Positions 38,988 to 49,712 of a DNA stretch of 64,000 bases are shown piece by piece. The stretch comes from Asticcacaulis sp. (GTDB taxonomy: Bacteria > Pseudomonadota > Alphaproteobacteria > Caulobacterales > Caulobacteraceae): the NCBI RefSeq assembly GCF_047605585.1, contig NZ_JASGFK010000002.1, positions 544,328 to 608,327 of the forward strand, read 5' to 3'. A model generated the notes under the pieces. That model did not search any database and was not told where the DNA came from. It saw only the letters and a program-made list of their open reading frames with translations. Numbering within the stretch: the stretch's first letter is position 1; every line of letters begins with the position of its first letter. Both the position numbers and the translations under genes were made by a program.

Positions 38988-40505
38988 CTAATAAGATATA
39001 ATGTTCAGATTGAGCTTGAGCGCCTGGGCGAGGGAACGCGCCCGGCGTCGGGTCTGCTCGCCGAGCAAGAGGTCTTCCCAGCCGGTCTTGGCGCTGAGGA
39101 TGAGTTGCAGTTCGTGCTGGCGGATATGGGCGAGGCTCAACAGCTTGGCGGATTTGGCCGACAGGTCGCAGCCAAGGCGCAGCAGCAGGCCTAGTTGCGT
39201 CGCCTGTTTCAAGGCCTCCTCGCCGAGAATACGGCTGATCAGAACCGGCTCCTTGGTATAGGGATCGCCGCTGTAACGGGTATAGAGGGTGCAGGCAAGG
39301 AAGACGCGTTCCTGGTGGTTCTGCCCCGGAATGGGGGCACGCAGCACCTGGTCGCAGGCAAGATCGGCGCGATGATCGGGGTGGAGGCGCGCGCCGATAT
39401 CGGAAAGCTTGGCGGCGGCGCGGATCAGCCGGGTGTCCGGCCGGTCGATCAGGGCCATATTGGCGCTGTCATAGAATTCCAGCGCCCAGTCGGCCAGGGC
39501 CGGACCGAGATCGTCATTGATGCCCAGGCGGTGGCCCAGCGAGGCGCAGCCGGCGATCAGCGGATCTTCCTGGCGCAGAGGCGCTTCCAGCGCCTCGAAG
39601 AGCAGGCCTTCGCGCAGACCAAAGGCCGAGAAGCACAGGGTTTCGAAATGCAGAACCTCGATCAGGCCTTGCAGCACCAGGGCGGCATAGCCGATATTTT
39701 CCAGCCGTCGCTTGGAAACACCCGGCAGTTTTTCCAGCGAGGAGGGTGACTGGCTGGCGATCAGCTTGGCGATCGACAGGGCTTCGCGCGCCGGCAGTTC
39801 GAACTGCTGGATGACCTGGAGCGGATAGTTCTGCTTCTGCATCCAGATCAGGGCGAGGTTACGCCAGGCGCCACCCACAGCATGGAACTGCTTGTTGTTG
39901 AAGCGCCCTTGCAACGGCTCGAGCCGGTCGCAGATCTGCCGGTAGGTCGCTTCAGGTTCAATAGGCTTGGGCGCGCCCAGCGCAAAGGGGCCAAGCGGCA
40001 GGGTGACCCCGCGCTGGGCGCTTTCGCTGCTGGTGTCGAGATTGACCAGTTCCAGGCTCGAGCCGCCGAGATCGCCGACCACGCCCTGGGCATCGAGATG
40101 GCCGCACTTCACACCCATGGCCGAATAGTGGGCTTCCTCCGCACCGCTCAGGACCCTGACCTGGAAACCGGTCGTTTCCAGTATGGTGGCGACGAAATCG
40201 GGACCGTCCACAGCATCGCGGATCGCCGCAGTGGCGACGACATGGATATCCTTCAGCTCAAAGGATTCCAGAATGGCCTTGAAACGGCGCAGGGCGATCA
40301 GGCTTTCCTTCATGCCGCCCTTGTGCAGGCTGCCGGTGACCTTCAGTTCGCGACCGAGCCCCGCCAGAACCTTTTCATTGAAGACGGGCCAGATCGAACG
40401 TCCTTCGACGCGATAGATCACCAGACGGACAGAATTGGAGCCAATATCGATGACAGCGGTATTGTAGTTCAAGATGTCGCTTTCCCGCAGAAACGCCCGA
40501 GACAA
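38988..40505 (-). CDS. ppx: Exopolyphosphatase / guanosine pentaphosphate phosphohydrolase
   Basis: …AVIDIGSNSVRLVIY… ASKHA-fold Ppx/GppA N-terminus. Adjacent to ppk. Confidence 0.9.
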   Translation of the reverse strand: MSRAFLRESDILNYNTAVIDIGSNSVRLVIYRVEGRSIWPVFNEKVLAGLGRELKVTGSLHKGGMKESLIALRRFKAILESFELKDIHVVATAAIRDAVDGPDFVATILETTGFQVRVLSGAEEAHYSAMGVKCGHLDAQGVVGDLGGSSLELVNLDTSSESAQRGVTLPLGPFALGAPKPIEPEATYRQICDRLEPLQGRFNNKQFHAVGGAWRNLALIWMQKQNYPLQVIQQFELPAREALSIAKLIASQSPSSLEKLPGVSKRRLENIGYAALVLQGLIEVLHFETLCFSAFGLREGLLFEALEAPLRQEDPLIAGCASLGHRLGINDDLGPALADWALEFYDSANMALIDRPDTRLIRAAAKLSDIGARLHPDHRADLACDQVLRAPIPGQNHQERVFLACTLYTRYSGDPYTKEPVLISRILGEEALKQATQLGLLLRLGCDLSAKSAKLLSLAHIRQHELQLILSAKTGWEDLLLGEQTRRRARSLAQALKLNLNIISY

Positions 40506-40605
40506 ATCCTCGCTAACCCGTTTGGCGCGGTTTTACCAGTCGCATTATCCGGTTGCGACTGACTTCATTGTGAAGGCTTTGGGTGAAGGATCAGGGTTAC
40601 GGATT

Positions 40606-42864
40606 TTATTTGCGCGCGCCGATATGGTCGAACGCCTGCGGTAGATCCTTGACGCCCCGGCCGCGGCCCGAAAGCGACGGATTGGTCATGAAATAATCAT
40701 GCGCAGAGAAGGGCTTGTCGAGGTGACTGGCGTCCGTGCGGTTATAGCTACCGTCCGATTGCAGATACCAGCTTTGCGCCTCGTCGTTCAGGTTGGCGAC
40801 CATGATCTGGTCGAGCACCTGACGATGGACGGTCGGATTTTCGATCGGGATCAGGGTTTCGACGCGGCGATCGAGATTACGGCTCATCCAGTCGGCGCTG
40901 GAAATGAAGACACGAGCCTGGTCCGAAGGCATGGCGTGGCCATTGGCGAAGCAGACGATGCGGGCGTGTTCGAGGAAGCGGCCGACGATGGATTTGACGC
41001 GGATGTTTTCCGAAACACCCGGCACGCCCGGACGCAGGCAGCAGATGCCGCGAATGACGAGATCGATCTGCACCCCGGCCTGGCTGGCCTCGTAAAGCTT
41101 CTTGATCACGGTCGAATCGACGAGCGCGTTCAGCTTGGCCCAGATCTGCGCTGGCTTGCCAGCCTTGGCATTGATAATTTCCTGATCGATCAGGTGTATA
41201 ATGCCCGGTTTTAAGGTAACAGGCGAGAAGTAAAGCTTCTCCATCATCTCCGGTCTGGCATAGCCGGTGATGAAGTTGAAGACGCGCATGGCGTCACGGC
41301 CCAATTCCGGATTGGCGGTGAACAGCGACAGGTCTGTATAGATCTTGGCGGTGATCGGGTGGTAGTTGCCGGTGCCGAAGTGGCAGTAGGTACGCAAGGA
41401 TTCGCCCTCGCGACGCACCACGACCGACAGCTTGGCGTGGGTTTTGTACTCGACGAAACCGTAGACGACGTGAACGCCGGCGCGTTCCATGGCGCGGGCC
41501 CAGCGCAGGTTGGCCTCTTCATCGAAGCGCGCCTTGATCTCGACCAGGGCAGTGACATTCTTGCCCTGTTCGGCGGCCTCGATCAGGGCCGCCACGATGG
41601 GACTGTCCTTCGAGGTGCGGTAAAGCGTCTGCTTGATGGCGATGACATTGGGATCGCGCGCCGCCTGACGCAGGAACTGCACCACGGCATCGAACGATTC
41701 GAACGGATGATGGACCAGGATGTCCTTTTCGCGGATGGCGCCAAAAACATCACCGCCATTGTCACGGATGCGTTCCGGGAAGCGCGGTTCGAACGGTTTG
41801 AACTTCAGGTCGTTGCGGTCGCGCGGGATCAGCTGCGATACCTCGGCCATGCCGAGGATGCCGGTCACATTGACGATATCTTCCGGCGCGGCGTGCAGAT
41901 GGCCGATAATGAAACTGCGCAGGTCTTCCGGCATGGTCGAATCGATTTCGACGCGGACGACTGAACCCAGGCGGCGCTGCTTGATCAGGGCCTCGAACTC
42001 GCGCACCAGGTCTTCGGCTTCTTCTTCCATCTCGATATCGGAATCGCGCAGGATGCGGAACAGGCCGCGCGAGACGATGTCAAAGCCGGGGAAGAGCTGG
42101 TGCAAGAACAGGGAGACGAAATTTTCCAGCGAAATGAACTTACGGCGGATTGGCCCGGCCGTTGTGTCGCCCGGCTTGCGTACCGTTGATTCAACCTCCC
42201 AGAAACGCTTCACGCCGGTGGGGATCGGCACCAGGGCGTACATGGTCTTGTTGTCCTTGCGACGCAGCAGCTTGAGGACAATCGAGAAGCCGAGGTTCGG
42301 AATGAACGGGAAGGGGTGGGCCGGATCGATGGCCAGTGGGGTGAGCACCGGGAAAAGCTGGCTTTCATAGAGCTTTTCCAGCCAGGCCATGTCGGTCTTG
42401 TTGACGTCCTTGGGAGCCAGCAGGTTCAGGCCGTTATCCTGTAACTGGTTGCGGATGCTGGACCAGATGGTTTGCTGGCGGTTCATCAGTTCGCTGGCGG
42501 CGCTGTTGACCATCTCCAGCTGTTCTTGCGGCGTGTGGCCATCCACCGACAACACGCGCACGCCTTCGCGCACCTGGCCCTGCAGGCCGGCGACGCGCAC
42601 CATGTAGAATTCATCGAGGTTATTGGCCGAGATCGACAGGAAGCGCAGGCGTTCCAGCAAGGGGTGGCGTGGGTTCTTGGCTTCCTCGATGACACGCTGG
42701 TTGAAGGCCAGCCAGCTCAGTTCGCGGTTGATGTAGAGCGAAGGATCGAGCGGCACATCCGGGCTGAAATCGAACCGGGCATGGGCGTTCGCCGGCACAT
42801 CCAGACCGGACTCCGGCGCGGAAGGGGCGGAGGTCGTGTCCAGGGCCAGGTTCGAATCGGTCAT
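40606..42864 (-). CDS. ppk: Polyphosphate kinase 1
   Basis: About 750 aa with the PPK1 N-domain, head domain and two PLD-like C-terminal domains (…[11 protein letters not shown]…). Confidence 0.93.
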   Translation of the reverse strand: MTDSNLALDTTSAPSAPESGLDVPANAHARFDFSPDVPLDPSLYINRELSWLAFNQRVIEEAKNPRHPLLERLRFLSISANNLDEFYMVRVAGLQGQVREGVRVLSVDGHTPQEQLEMVNSAASELMNRQQTIWSSIRNQLQDNGLNLLAPKDVNKTDMAWLEKLYESQLFPVLTPLAIDPAHPFPFIPNLGFSIVLKLLRRKDNKTMYALVPIPTGVKRFWEVESTVRKPGDTTAGPIRRKFISLENFVSLFLHQLFPGFDIVSRGLFRILRDSDIEMEEEAEDLVREFEALIKQRRLGSVVRVEIDSTMPEDLRSFIIGHLHAAPEDIVNVTGILGMAEVSQLIPRDRNDLKFKPFEPRFPERIRDNGGDVFGAIREKDILVHHPFESFDAVVQFLRQAARDPNVIAIKQTLYRTSKDSPIVAALIEAAEQGKNVTALVEIKARFDEEANLRWARAMERAGVHVVYGFVEYKTHAKLSVVVRREGESLRTYCHFGTGNYHPITAKIYTDLSLFTANPELGRDAMRVFNFITGYARPEMMEKLYFSPVTLKPGIIHLIDQEIINAKAGKPAQIWAKLNALVDSTVIKKLYEASQAGVQIDLVIRGICCLRPGVPGVSENIRVKSIVGRFLEHARIVCFANGHAMPSDQARVFISSADWMSRNLDRRVETLIPIENPTVHRQVLDQIMVANLNDEAQSWYLQSDGSYNRTDASHLDKPFSAHDYFMTNPSLSGRGRGVKDLPQAFDHIGARK

Positions 42865-42943
42865 ATCGGTCGCTTCATCAAGGGAATCGGGGTGTTACGG
42901 CAGTCTAGCGCAAAAGCCTAAAAAATCTGCCGATCCCATCCAA

Positions 42944-43639
42944 TTATCGCAAATTATCGAACGTTGTTACAGAGGCGTCACCGGACAAATCCGCTTCGTG
43001 ATCGAAAAAGGACTTGGCCAGGGCGCGATTGAACGCACGTCCATTGGCATAATGCTCCAGTTCTGTGACAATTTTTTGCGCCGCGCTGACCGAGCGGTCC
43101 ATCCGGCGGGCGATATAGTCGATAAAATCTGGCGAGGGCGAGATGGCGCGCTGGGCGAACAGCTTGTTCAGTATGGCGATCAGCAGGTCTTCGTCGGGCT
43201 CAGGCAGGGAGAGGATGCGCATGGCGTTCAGCCGGCTGGCCAGATCTGGCAGTTTGACATCCCAGGAAATGGGCTGATTTTCCGTCAGTAAAACAAGCTG
43301 TTGCCCGGACTTGTGAACGTGGTTGCAGAGGTGGAACAGGGTGTCTTCCGAAGCCTGTTCTGCATCGTCGACCACATAGGGCAAGGACTCAAGAGACGCC
43401 GGATCGAGCGTGAAGGTATCTTCGGCGGCCAGGAAACGGCCTTGCGTCTGGCTGGCGAAGATATGACCCAGATGGGTCTTGCCGCTGCCGGCCGGCCCCA
43501 GCAGGATCAGGTGCGGGCTCAGCCATTGCCCTGGATGCAACAGTACACCCAGTAGCGCCGCCAGTTCCGTGGTGGCGATGAACTGATCGCGGCTGTAGGG
43601 ATCGCCGGTTTCCAGATCGAGAGGCAGTTGCAGGGACAT
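42944..43639 (-). CDS. hda: DnaA regulatory inactivator Hda (DnaA-related AAA+ protein). Start at the internal Met MSLQLPLDLE…
   Basis: Walker A LILLGPAGSGKTHL, then the DnaA-like box VII/sensor region, about 230 aa. N-terminal QLPLDL clamp-binding-like motif. Confidence 0.78.
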   Translation of the reverse strand: MSLQLPLDLETGDPYSRDQFIATTELAALLGVLLHPGQWLSPHLILLGPAGSGKTHLGHIFASQTQGRFLAAEDTFTLDPASLESLPYVVDDAEQASEDTLFHLCNHVHKSGQQLVLLTENQPISWDVKLPDLASRLNAMRILSLPEPDEDLLIAILNKLFAQRAISPSPDFIDYIARRMDRSVSAAQKIVTELEHYANGRAFNRALAKSFFDHEADLSGDASVTTFDNLR

Positions 43640-43816
43640 ACGTCTAATGTAGAAGCGCAGACCGTCGATGACAATGACCGTGAATGAGATAATCCGGGGA
43701 CGAATTGTGAGTAAAATCAGTCTGGCGCATGATACAAAATGCGGCAAAAAGCTTGACTTTGCGGTCGCATCATGTGCCCTACGGCGCAACGAAATTCTTA
43801 GCTTATCGGCTTATAC

Positions 43817-45598
43817 ATGCACATCTATCGCTCCCATACCTGCGGCGCCCTGCGCGCCTCTGACGCCGGCACGCAAACCCGCCTGTCGGGCTGGATTCAC
43901 CGCAAGCGCGACCACGGCGGCCTGCTGTTCATCGACCTGCGCGACCATTACGGCCTGACCCAGCTGGTCTTCGATCCCTCTTCGCCCGGCTTCGCCAAGG
44001 TCGAACGCCTGCGCGCCGAAAGCGTGATCCGTGTCGATGGCAAGGTTGTAGCGCGCGATGAAGCGACGAAGAATGCTAACCTGCCTACGGGTGAGGTTGA
44101 GGTTTATGTCGGTGAGGTCGAAGTCCTGTCGGAAGCCGCCGAACTGCCGCTGCCGGTCTTTGGCGAGCCGGAATATCCGGAAGAAATCCGCCTGAAGAAC
44201 CGCTTCCTCGACCTGCGCCGCGAGACCCTGCACAAGAACATCGTCCTGCGTTCGAAGGTGATCCACTCGATCCGTCAGCGCATGGTCGACCAGGCCTTCC
44301 TCGAATACCAGACCCCCATCCTGACGGCTTCTTCGCCGGAAGGCGCGCGCGACTTTCTCGTGCCGTCGCGCCTTCATGCCGGCAAGTTCTACGCCCTGCC
44401 GCAGGCACCGCAGCAGTTCAAGCAACTGTTGATGGTGTCCGGTTTCGACCGTTATTTCCAGATCGCGCCGTGTTTCCGTGATGAAGACCTGCGCGCCGAC
44501 CGTTCGCTGGAATTCTACCAGCTCGACGTCGAGATGAGCTTCGTGACCCAGGAAGACGTGTTCGCGGCCATCGAGCCCCTGATGCACGGCCTTTTCACCG
44601 AGTTCGGCGAAGGCAAGCGCGTCTCAAGCTATCCGTTCGTGCGTATTCCCTATCGCGAGTCGATCGCCAAGTACGGCTCGGACAAGCCAGACCTGCGCAA
44701 CCCGATCGAGATGCAGGACGTCTCGGACAAGTTCCGTGGCGGTGGCTTCGGCCTGTTCGCCCGTATCCTCGAAAACCCGGCCAATGCCGTCTGGGGCATT
44801 CCGGCGCCGAAGGGCGGTTCGCGCGCTTTCTGCGACCGCATGAATTCCTGGGCGCAGGGCGAAGGTCAGCCGGGTCTGGGCTATATCTTCTGGTCCGAAG
44901 ATCAGGGCGGCTGGGGCGGCCCGATCGCCAAGAACCTCGGCCAGGAAGGCACCGCCGCCGTCATGGGCCAGCTTGGCCTCGGCCAGGGCGATGCCGCCTT
45001 CTTCGTGGCCGGCGACCCCAAGGTCTTCTACAAGTTCGCAGGCAGCGCGCGCACCAAGGTCGGCACCGATCTGAACCTGGTCGATGAAGACCAGTTCAAG
45101 TTCTGCTGGATCGTCGATTTCCCGATGTTCGAGTACAACGAAGACGAAAAGAAGGTCGACTTCTCGCACAACCCGTTCTCGATGCCGCAGGGCGAGATGG
45201 ATGCACTGGTCAGTAAGGATCCGCTCGATATCCTGGCCTATCAGTATGACATCGTCTGCAACGGTTACGAACTGTGTTCAGGCGCGATCCGGAACCACAA
45301 GCAGGACATCATGCTGAAGGCCTTCGAGATCGCCGGTTATGACGAGGCCTTCGTCGAAAGCCAGTTTGGCGGCATGCTGAACGCCTTCAAGTACGGCGCG
45401 CCGCCGCACGGTGGTCTGGCTCCGGGTATCGACCGCATCGTCATGCTGCTGGCCGGCCAGACGGCGATACGCGAGGTTATCGCCTTCCCGCTGAACCAGC
45501 AGGGCCAGGACGTGATGATGAGCGCGCCTTCGGACGTATTGGACAAGCAGCTGAAGGAACTGCACATCCGCACACAGCTGCCGATCAAGGTAAGCTAA
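43817..45598 (+). CDS. aspS: Aspartate--tRNA ligase
   Basis: N-terminal OB fold, class II motifs 1-3 (…[10 protein letters not shown]…, …GGLAPGIDR…). Confidence 0.95.
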   Translation: MHIYRSHTCGALRASDAGTQTRLSGWIHRKRDHGGLLFIDLRDHYGLTQLVFDPSSPGFAKVERLRAESVIRVDGKVVARDEATKNANLPTGEVEVYVGEVEVLSEAAELPLPVFGEPEYPEEIRLKNRFLDLRRETLHKNIVLRSKVIHSIRQRMVDQAFLEYQTPILTASSPEGARDFLVPSRLHAGKFYALPQAPQQFKQLLMVSGFDRYFQIAPCFRDEDLRADRSLEFYQLDVEMSFVTQEDVFAAIEPLMHGLFTEFGEGKRVSSYPFVRIPYRESIAKYGSDKPDLRNPIEMQDVSDKFRGGGFGLFARILENPANAVWGIPAPKGGSRAFCDRMNSWAQGEGQPGLGYIFWSEDQGGWGGPIAKNLGQEGTAAVMGQLGLGQGDAAFFVAGDPKVFYKFAGSARTKVGTDLNLVDEDQFKFCWIVDFPMFEYNEDEKKVDFSHNPFSMPQGEMDALVSKDPLDILAYQYDIVCNGYELCSGAIRNHKQDIMLKAFEIAGYDEAFVESQFGGMLNAFKYGAPPHGGLAPGIDRIVMLLAGQTAIREVIAFPLNQQGQDVMMSAPSDVLDKQLKELHIRTQLPIKVS

Positions 45599-45730
45599 TG
45601 GGGTTTGGGGTCAAAGAGCATATCTTGGGACCCCGCAAACCTTCTGATATCTAAAGAAAAAGCCTGGCTCTAAAGCCAGGCTTTTTCTTTGATATTGAAA
45701 GACTTGGGGCTATAGGCCCCAAACCCCATA
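45596..45730. repeat. MITE-like palindromic repeat element, copy C, between aspS and the pentapeptide-repeat gene
   Basis: TAATGGGGTTTGGGGTC … GGCCCCAAACCCCAT termini. Central hairpin AAAAAGCCTGGCtctaaaGCCAGGCTTTTT. The aspS TAA stop lies in the left terminus. Confidence 0.8.
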
Positions 45731-45733
45731 AAT

Positions 45734-46228
45734 TTAGTGAACGACGCACACGGGGATACGTAAGCCGCGTGGCAGTTCTGTCGACCGGTCACCACAGGTC
45801 TGGTCCATCTGACGCTGGGTCAGGCCCGTGGCTGATCCCATTTCGGCACCGGAGAAGTTCACGCCGGTCAGGATAGCGCCGCGGAAATCGGCATGTTCCA
45901 GATAGGCGCCGACGAAATTGGCATTGGTCAGGTTGGCGCCGGCGAAATTGACCCGGCCGAACAGGGCGGCGGAGGCATTGATGTCACGCAGATCGGCACC
46001 TGAGAAGTTCGTGCCGTTGAATATGCCCAGGCCCATGTCGGATTGACGCAGACGCGCGCCGGCGAAGTTCTTGTTCTTCAGGGTACGGTTGTTGAAGTCG
46101 GCCTGGAACAGATTGCAGCGCGGGCAGCTGGCGCCATTTTGCGCGCTGGAAACCTGGGTGGCGTTCTGCGCCATGGCGGGCGCGCCGATAAAAGCGGTGG
46201 CCAATAGGGCCAGGACAAGACGTTTCAT
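45734..46228 (-). CDS. Secreted pentapeptide-repeat protein
   Basis: Signal peptide (MKRLVLALLATAFIGAPAMAQ), then tandem A(D/N)LxxA(N/D)Fxx pentapeptide repeats flanked by Cys pairs. Confidence 0.75.
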   Translation of the reverse strand: MKRLVLALLATAFIGAPAMAQNATQVSSAQNGASCPRCNLFQADFNNRTLKNKNFAGARLRQSDMGLGIFNGTNFSGADLRDINASAALFGRVNFAGANLTNANFVGAYLEHADFRGAILTGVNFSGAEMGSATGLTQRQMDQTCGDRSTELPRGLRIPVCVVH

Positions 46229-46292
46229 AAGAGGACACCTCAGCTGATTTTGCCGGAAAACCAGCAAGGGTGGGGCCACTATTTAGACCCCC

Positions 46293-49070
46293 TCAGCGCT
46301 TCTCTATATCGGAGGTCTCCAATATCGGGTTAACCGGTTCGGCTTTTCGGCGGCTGTTGAACGGCACTACGACGAGATTATCCGTGGCCGTGCCGCGCGC
46401 GAAGCCCTTAGAAATGAGCTGCGAGGCCGGCATGGCGTCGGTGGGCGCATCCTCATTTTCCGCTATCCGTTCACCGTGGAAATAGGCCTGGCCCAGGCCA
46501 TCGGCATTCAATTCGTCCGGATCGGCATTGGACAGGTCGTTGCGGTCGAGATAGGAAATCGCCAGTTCGCGGAAGATATAGTCGAGGATCGAGGTCGCTG
46601 ATTTCACGCGGTCATTGCCGGTGACCGGGCCGGCTGGTTCGAAGCGCGTGAAGACAAAGGCGTCGACGAATTCCTCCAGCGGCACGCCATATTGCAGGCC
46701 GATGGAGATGGCGATGGCGAAATTGTTCATTAGCGAGCGGAAGGCGGCGCCTTCCTTGTGCATGTCGATGAAGATTTCACCGATCGAGCCATCCTCGTAC
46801 TCGCCAGTGTGGATATAGACTTTGTGACCGCCCACGCCCGCCTTCTGGATATAGCCCTTGCGGCGGTCCGGCAGCTTGGTGCGCGACCGTTCGCGCTCGA
46901 CGATCTTCTCGATGACGCGCGGCGCCGGTTTTTCGGAGATCGGTTCCGGTTTCCTCGGCGCCTCTTCGACATCGGGAATATCGAGCGCGAATCCGAGCGG
47001 TGGTTCAGCGCGGCGCACGCCAACGGCCCGCAGGCCCGAACTGGCAGCCAGGGAGTAGAGCTTCAATACCTCCGGCACGCTCTGATCCCAGGCTAGTTCG
47101 AAAGGCGAGGTAATTGGCGCATCGATGAGGGATTCGATCGTCTGGCGCAGCCTGATCAGCGATTTCCGGCTGGTCGGCGCCAGCAGACCATAGGCGGCTT
47201 CAGACAGGCTCTTTAACGCTTCCGGATCGCGATTGCCGTAAATATGCCGGTCAGCCTCGGCGATTTCGGCTGCCGTAAAGCCCATGACCTGAAGAAGGCT
47301 GAATGCCGGATCGGAGGTGACCTGTTCGCTCAGACCCCAGATATCCTGGATAAAGGCGGCATCGATATAGGCCGGAGAAAAGGCCGCCGTGAGTGACGAG
47401 GTAGTGAGCAGGGCGGCTTCCAGCCGATGTATCTCCACCTCGCTCAGGCCTTTCGACTTCAGGGTGGCGACATTGATATGCGGCGCGTCGGCTAGGCTGC
47501 GGCTGCCCAGTACCAGCCGGCGAACCTCGCCCCAGTCCTGAGAAATGACCTGCAGACCATTGATGACACTGGCCTTTATGACCGGCACGTAGACGCCGTC
47601 TTCGGCCTCCATAACGGTGAGCAGATCGCCGGATGAAAGGCCCAGGGACGTGCCCAGGCGCAGCGCTAGTTCCGGATCGTCAAACAGCGCGGTCACCTGG
47701 CTGTTGCGCAGACCTGTGATCTTGCACAGCTTCAGCGCCTTCTGGATCAGGTCGAGCGCCGGCGATTTCAGATCCGGATAGCCTTTCAGCGCCGTGATGG
47801 CATAGAGCCGCTGGCTCAGGCGGTCGGTCTGCTCGGCCTTGTCGACGGCAAATGACGCATAGGTGCCCAGCTGGCTGGCGATCGAGGCCGAGGCATGGGC
47901 GGCGGCGGCTTCCAGCAGGGCAAACAGATGCACTGCCAGATCCTGCCCGGCCGGATCATTCAGGCTCAAGCCCCGGCCCGTGATCGCTTCGCTCAGGCCG
48001 GCCAGGGTGAGGGCCAGCGGTCGCGCGGTGCTGCGGCGCAGACTGGCTTCCTGTGTGGCGCTGTAGCCGGTGGCGGCGTCGATATCGAGCGCCAGAACCC
48101 ACAGACTGATAAGATCGACAAAGGCCTCGGCGGCGAAATCGCCCTCTTCCGGGAAGAAGCGCTCTATATGGATTGCCGCGCGCGCCGCGAAGTTCTGGTT
48201 TTCCAGCGCCTCAGCGTCCTGGGGAGCGAAAACCACCTGCACGGTGCCGGTTTCCAGTGCCGCATCGGCCACCAGGCCACCGTGGGGATCGCCGGCGCTG
48301 AGCAGGTCGCGCTCCGCTACCACGGCCTTCAGGGTACGGGCATCCGTGGCGAGCGGCAGGCCAGTTCCTTCAAGGGCTGAGGCTGTGTGTCCCAGCTGTA
48401 TCTGGCGGGCGATAAGCAGATCGGAGGCACCCAGGCGGCGGGCTTTTGCTGCCGCGCGCGCCAGCGCCGGATTGTGTTTCAGGCTGCCGCGCTGCTCGCC
48501 TTCGGAACGCCCGATGGCATGGGTGATGTCGTTCAGGGCCTCGGCCAGTTTTTGCTGTGCGCCGTTGGTCAGAGTTGCCGCGCGCGCATTGATCAATAGT
48601 TGATTTATGATGGCGCGGCCGGCGGGGTCGTTGAGGTAGAGAGGGGGGCTGTCAGCCACAGGCGGCAGGATATCGCCGGCGGTCGGATGAACGCGGTGAC
48701 CGGATGACAGGGCGATGGCGGGGGCGGCCAGTCCGGAGCCCAGGACGGCAACCAGGGCGTCGGCGAAATCTCCGGCCAGATTGGCGTCCGGGAAGTAGCC
48801 CAGCCGCAGGCCCCATTGGGAAAGGCGATAGGCATAGTCGGTCAGGGCACCATCATAGGCTTCCTGCTCCGGTGCGGCGACATGGGGAATTGCGCCCGCC
48901 GGCAGGTCTTTCGGCAGCGAATCGGCCCAATCCATCCAGGCCTCGACCTGGACCGTGGTCAGGTCACGGGGGCACAGAACCTCGGCAAATCCGTTGGCGC
49001 GTTCGATTTCGCGCCATTCGAGGTCGGTTTCGGCAATCAGGGCACGCAGGGCAGGTGACAGAAACGACAT
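46293..49070 (-). CDS. Large protein of unknown function. N-terminal region of about 700 aa, then a C-terminal class II ribonucleotide reductase (NrdJ) C-terminal/TSCPD-like domain. No RNR catalytic core.
   Basis: C-terminal ~230 aa (…RRKGYIQKAGVGGHKVYIHTGEYEDGSIGEIFIDMHKEGAAFRSLMNNFAIAISIGLQYGVPLEEFVDAFVFTRFEPAGPV…SILDYIFRELAISYL…) matches the conserved C-terminal domain of alphaproteobacterial B12-dependent RNRs and stand-alone TSCPD proteins. The preceding ~700 aa has no RNR active-site motifs. Confidence 0.6.
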   Translation of the reverse strand: MSFLSPALRALIAETDLEWREIERANGFAEVLCPRDLTTVQVEAWMDWADSLPKDLPAGAIPHVAAPEQEAYDGALTDYAYRLSQWGLRLGYFPDANLAGDFADALVAVLGSGLAAPAIALSSGHRVHPTAGDILPPVADSPPLYLNDPAGRAIINQLLINARAATLTNGAQQKLAEALNDITHAIGRSEGEQRGSLKHNPALARAAAKARRLGASDLLIARQIQLGHTASALEGTGLPLATDARTLKAVVAERDLLSAGDPHGGLVADAALETGTVQVVFAPQDAEALENQNFAARAAIHIERFFPEEGDFAAEAFVDLISLWVLALDIDAATGYSATQEASLRRSTARPLALTLAGLSEAITGRGLSLNDPAGQDLAVHLFALLEAAAAHASASIASQLGTYASFAVDKAEQTDRLSQRLYAITALKGYPDLKSPALDLIQKALKLCKITGLRNSQVTALFDDPELALRLGTSLGLSSGDLLTVMEAEDGVYVPVIKASVINGLQVISQDWGEVRRLVLGSRSLADAPHINVATLKSKGLSEVEIHRLEAALLTTSSLTAAFSPAYIDAAFIQDIWGLSEQVTSDPAFSLLQVMGFTAAEIAEADRHIYGNRDPEALKSLSEAAYGLLAPTSRKSLIRLRQTIESLIDAPITSPFELAWDQSVPEVLKLYSLAASSGLRAVGVRRAEPPLGFALDIPDVEEAPRKPEPISEKPAPRVIEKIVERERSRTKLPDRRKGYIQKAGVGGHKVYIHTGEYEDGSIGEIFIDMHKEGAAFRSLMNNFAIAISIGLQYGVPLEEFVDAFVFTRFEPAGPVTGNDRVKSATSILDYIFRELAISYLDRNDLSNADPDELNADGLGQAYFHGERIAENEDAPTDAMPASQLISKGFARGTATDNLVVVPFNSRRKAEPVNPILETSDIEKR

Positions 49071-49293
49071 GCCTTATCCTCGGCTAGCAGGGCATTAACC
49101 CTAGATGTAGCGTCAATTTTTCCACACATCAATAAATCTGGTGGAGCTTGCGCGTTTCATCCACAATATGTTGACGAAGCGTGAAGACGGCGCGGCGCGA
49201 TATATTTTGCGGCACCTGCTTTACCTGCGCGGCGTGCCTCAGTATAAACAAATGAGTTTCGGAGCGGGTAAGGCTCCACGCAAGGACATCAAG

Positions 49294-49707
49294 ATGCAAT
49301 GGCTGCTTAACCTTCTCGCCCCTTCCTTTACCTGGTGGAACGGCGCCACGCTCGGCACGCTCTTCACCATTGGCAAACGTGGCCGCCTGGTCGGCACGGA
49401 TGAGTTTGGCAACCGTTATTACGAGGACCGCACGGCGAAGAACACCTATGACACCGGCCGTAAGCGTCGCTGGGTGATCTACAAGGGCTATGCCGACGCC
49501 TCGAAGATCCCGCCCGATTGGCACGGCTGGATGCACTACATCTACGACACCCCGCCTTCGGATGAACCGCTGCGCCGCAAGGCCTGGGAAAAGCCGCACC
49601 TGCCGAACATGAGCGGCACCCCGTTCGCGAGTTTCCCCGCAGGCTCTCTGAATGCCGAGGCCGAACGCGCCCCCACGACCGGCGATTACGAAGCCTGGAA
49701 GCCCTAG
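49294..49707 (+). CDS. NDUFA12-family protein (complex I 17.2-kDa subunit homologue)
   Basis: …WNGATLGTLFTIGKRGRLVGTDEFGNRYYE……RRWVIYKG…IPPDWHGWMHY…DTPP… matches the NDUFA12/B17.2 signature. Start at the internal ATG 49294. Confidence 0.82.
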   Translation: MQWLLNLLAPSFTWWNGATLGTLFTIGKRGRLVGTDEFGNRYYEDRTAKNTYDTGRKRRWVIYKGYADASKIPPDWHGWMHYIYDTPPSDEPLRRKAWEKPHLPNMSGTPFASFPAGSLNAEAERAPTTGDYEAWKP

Positions 49708-49712
49708 GAATT

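Noticed and set aside
43640-43816. DnaA boxes in the hda/aspS divergent promoter
   Set aside because: Only weak partial matches (for example GATAATCCGG), nothing close to TTATCCACA. Not reportable.
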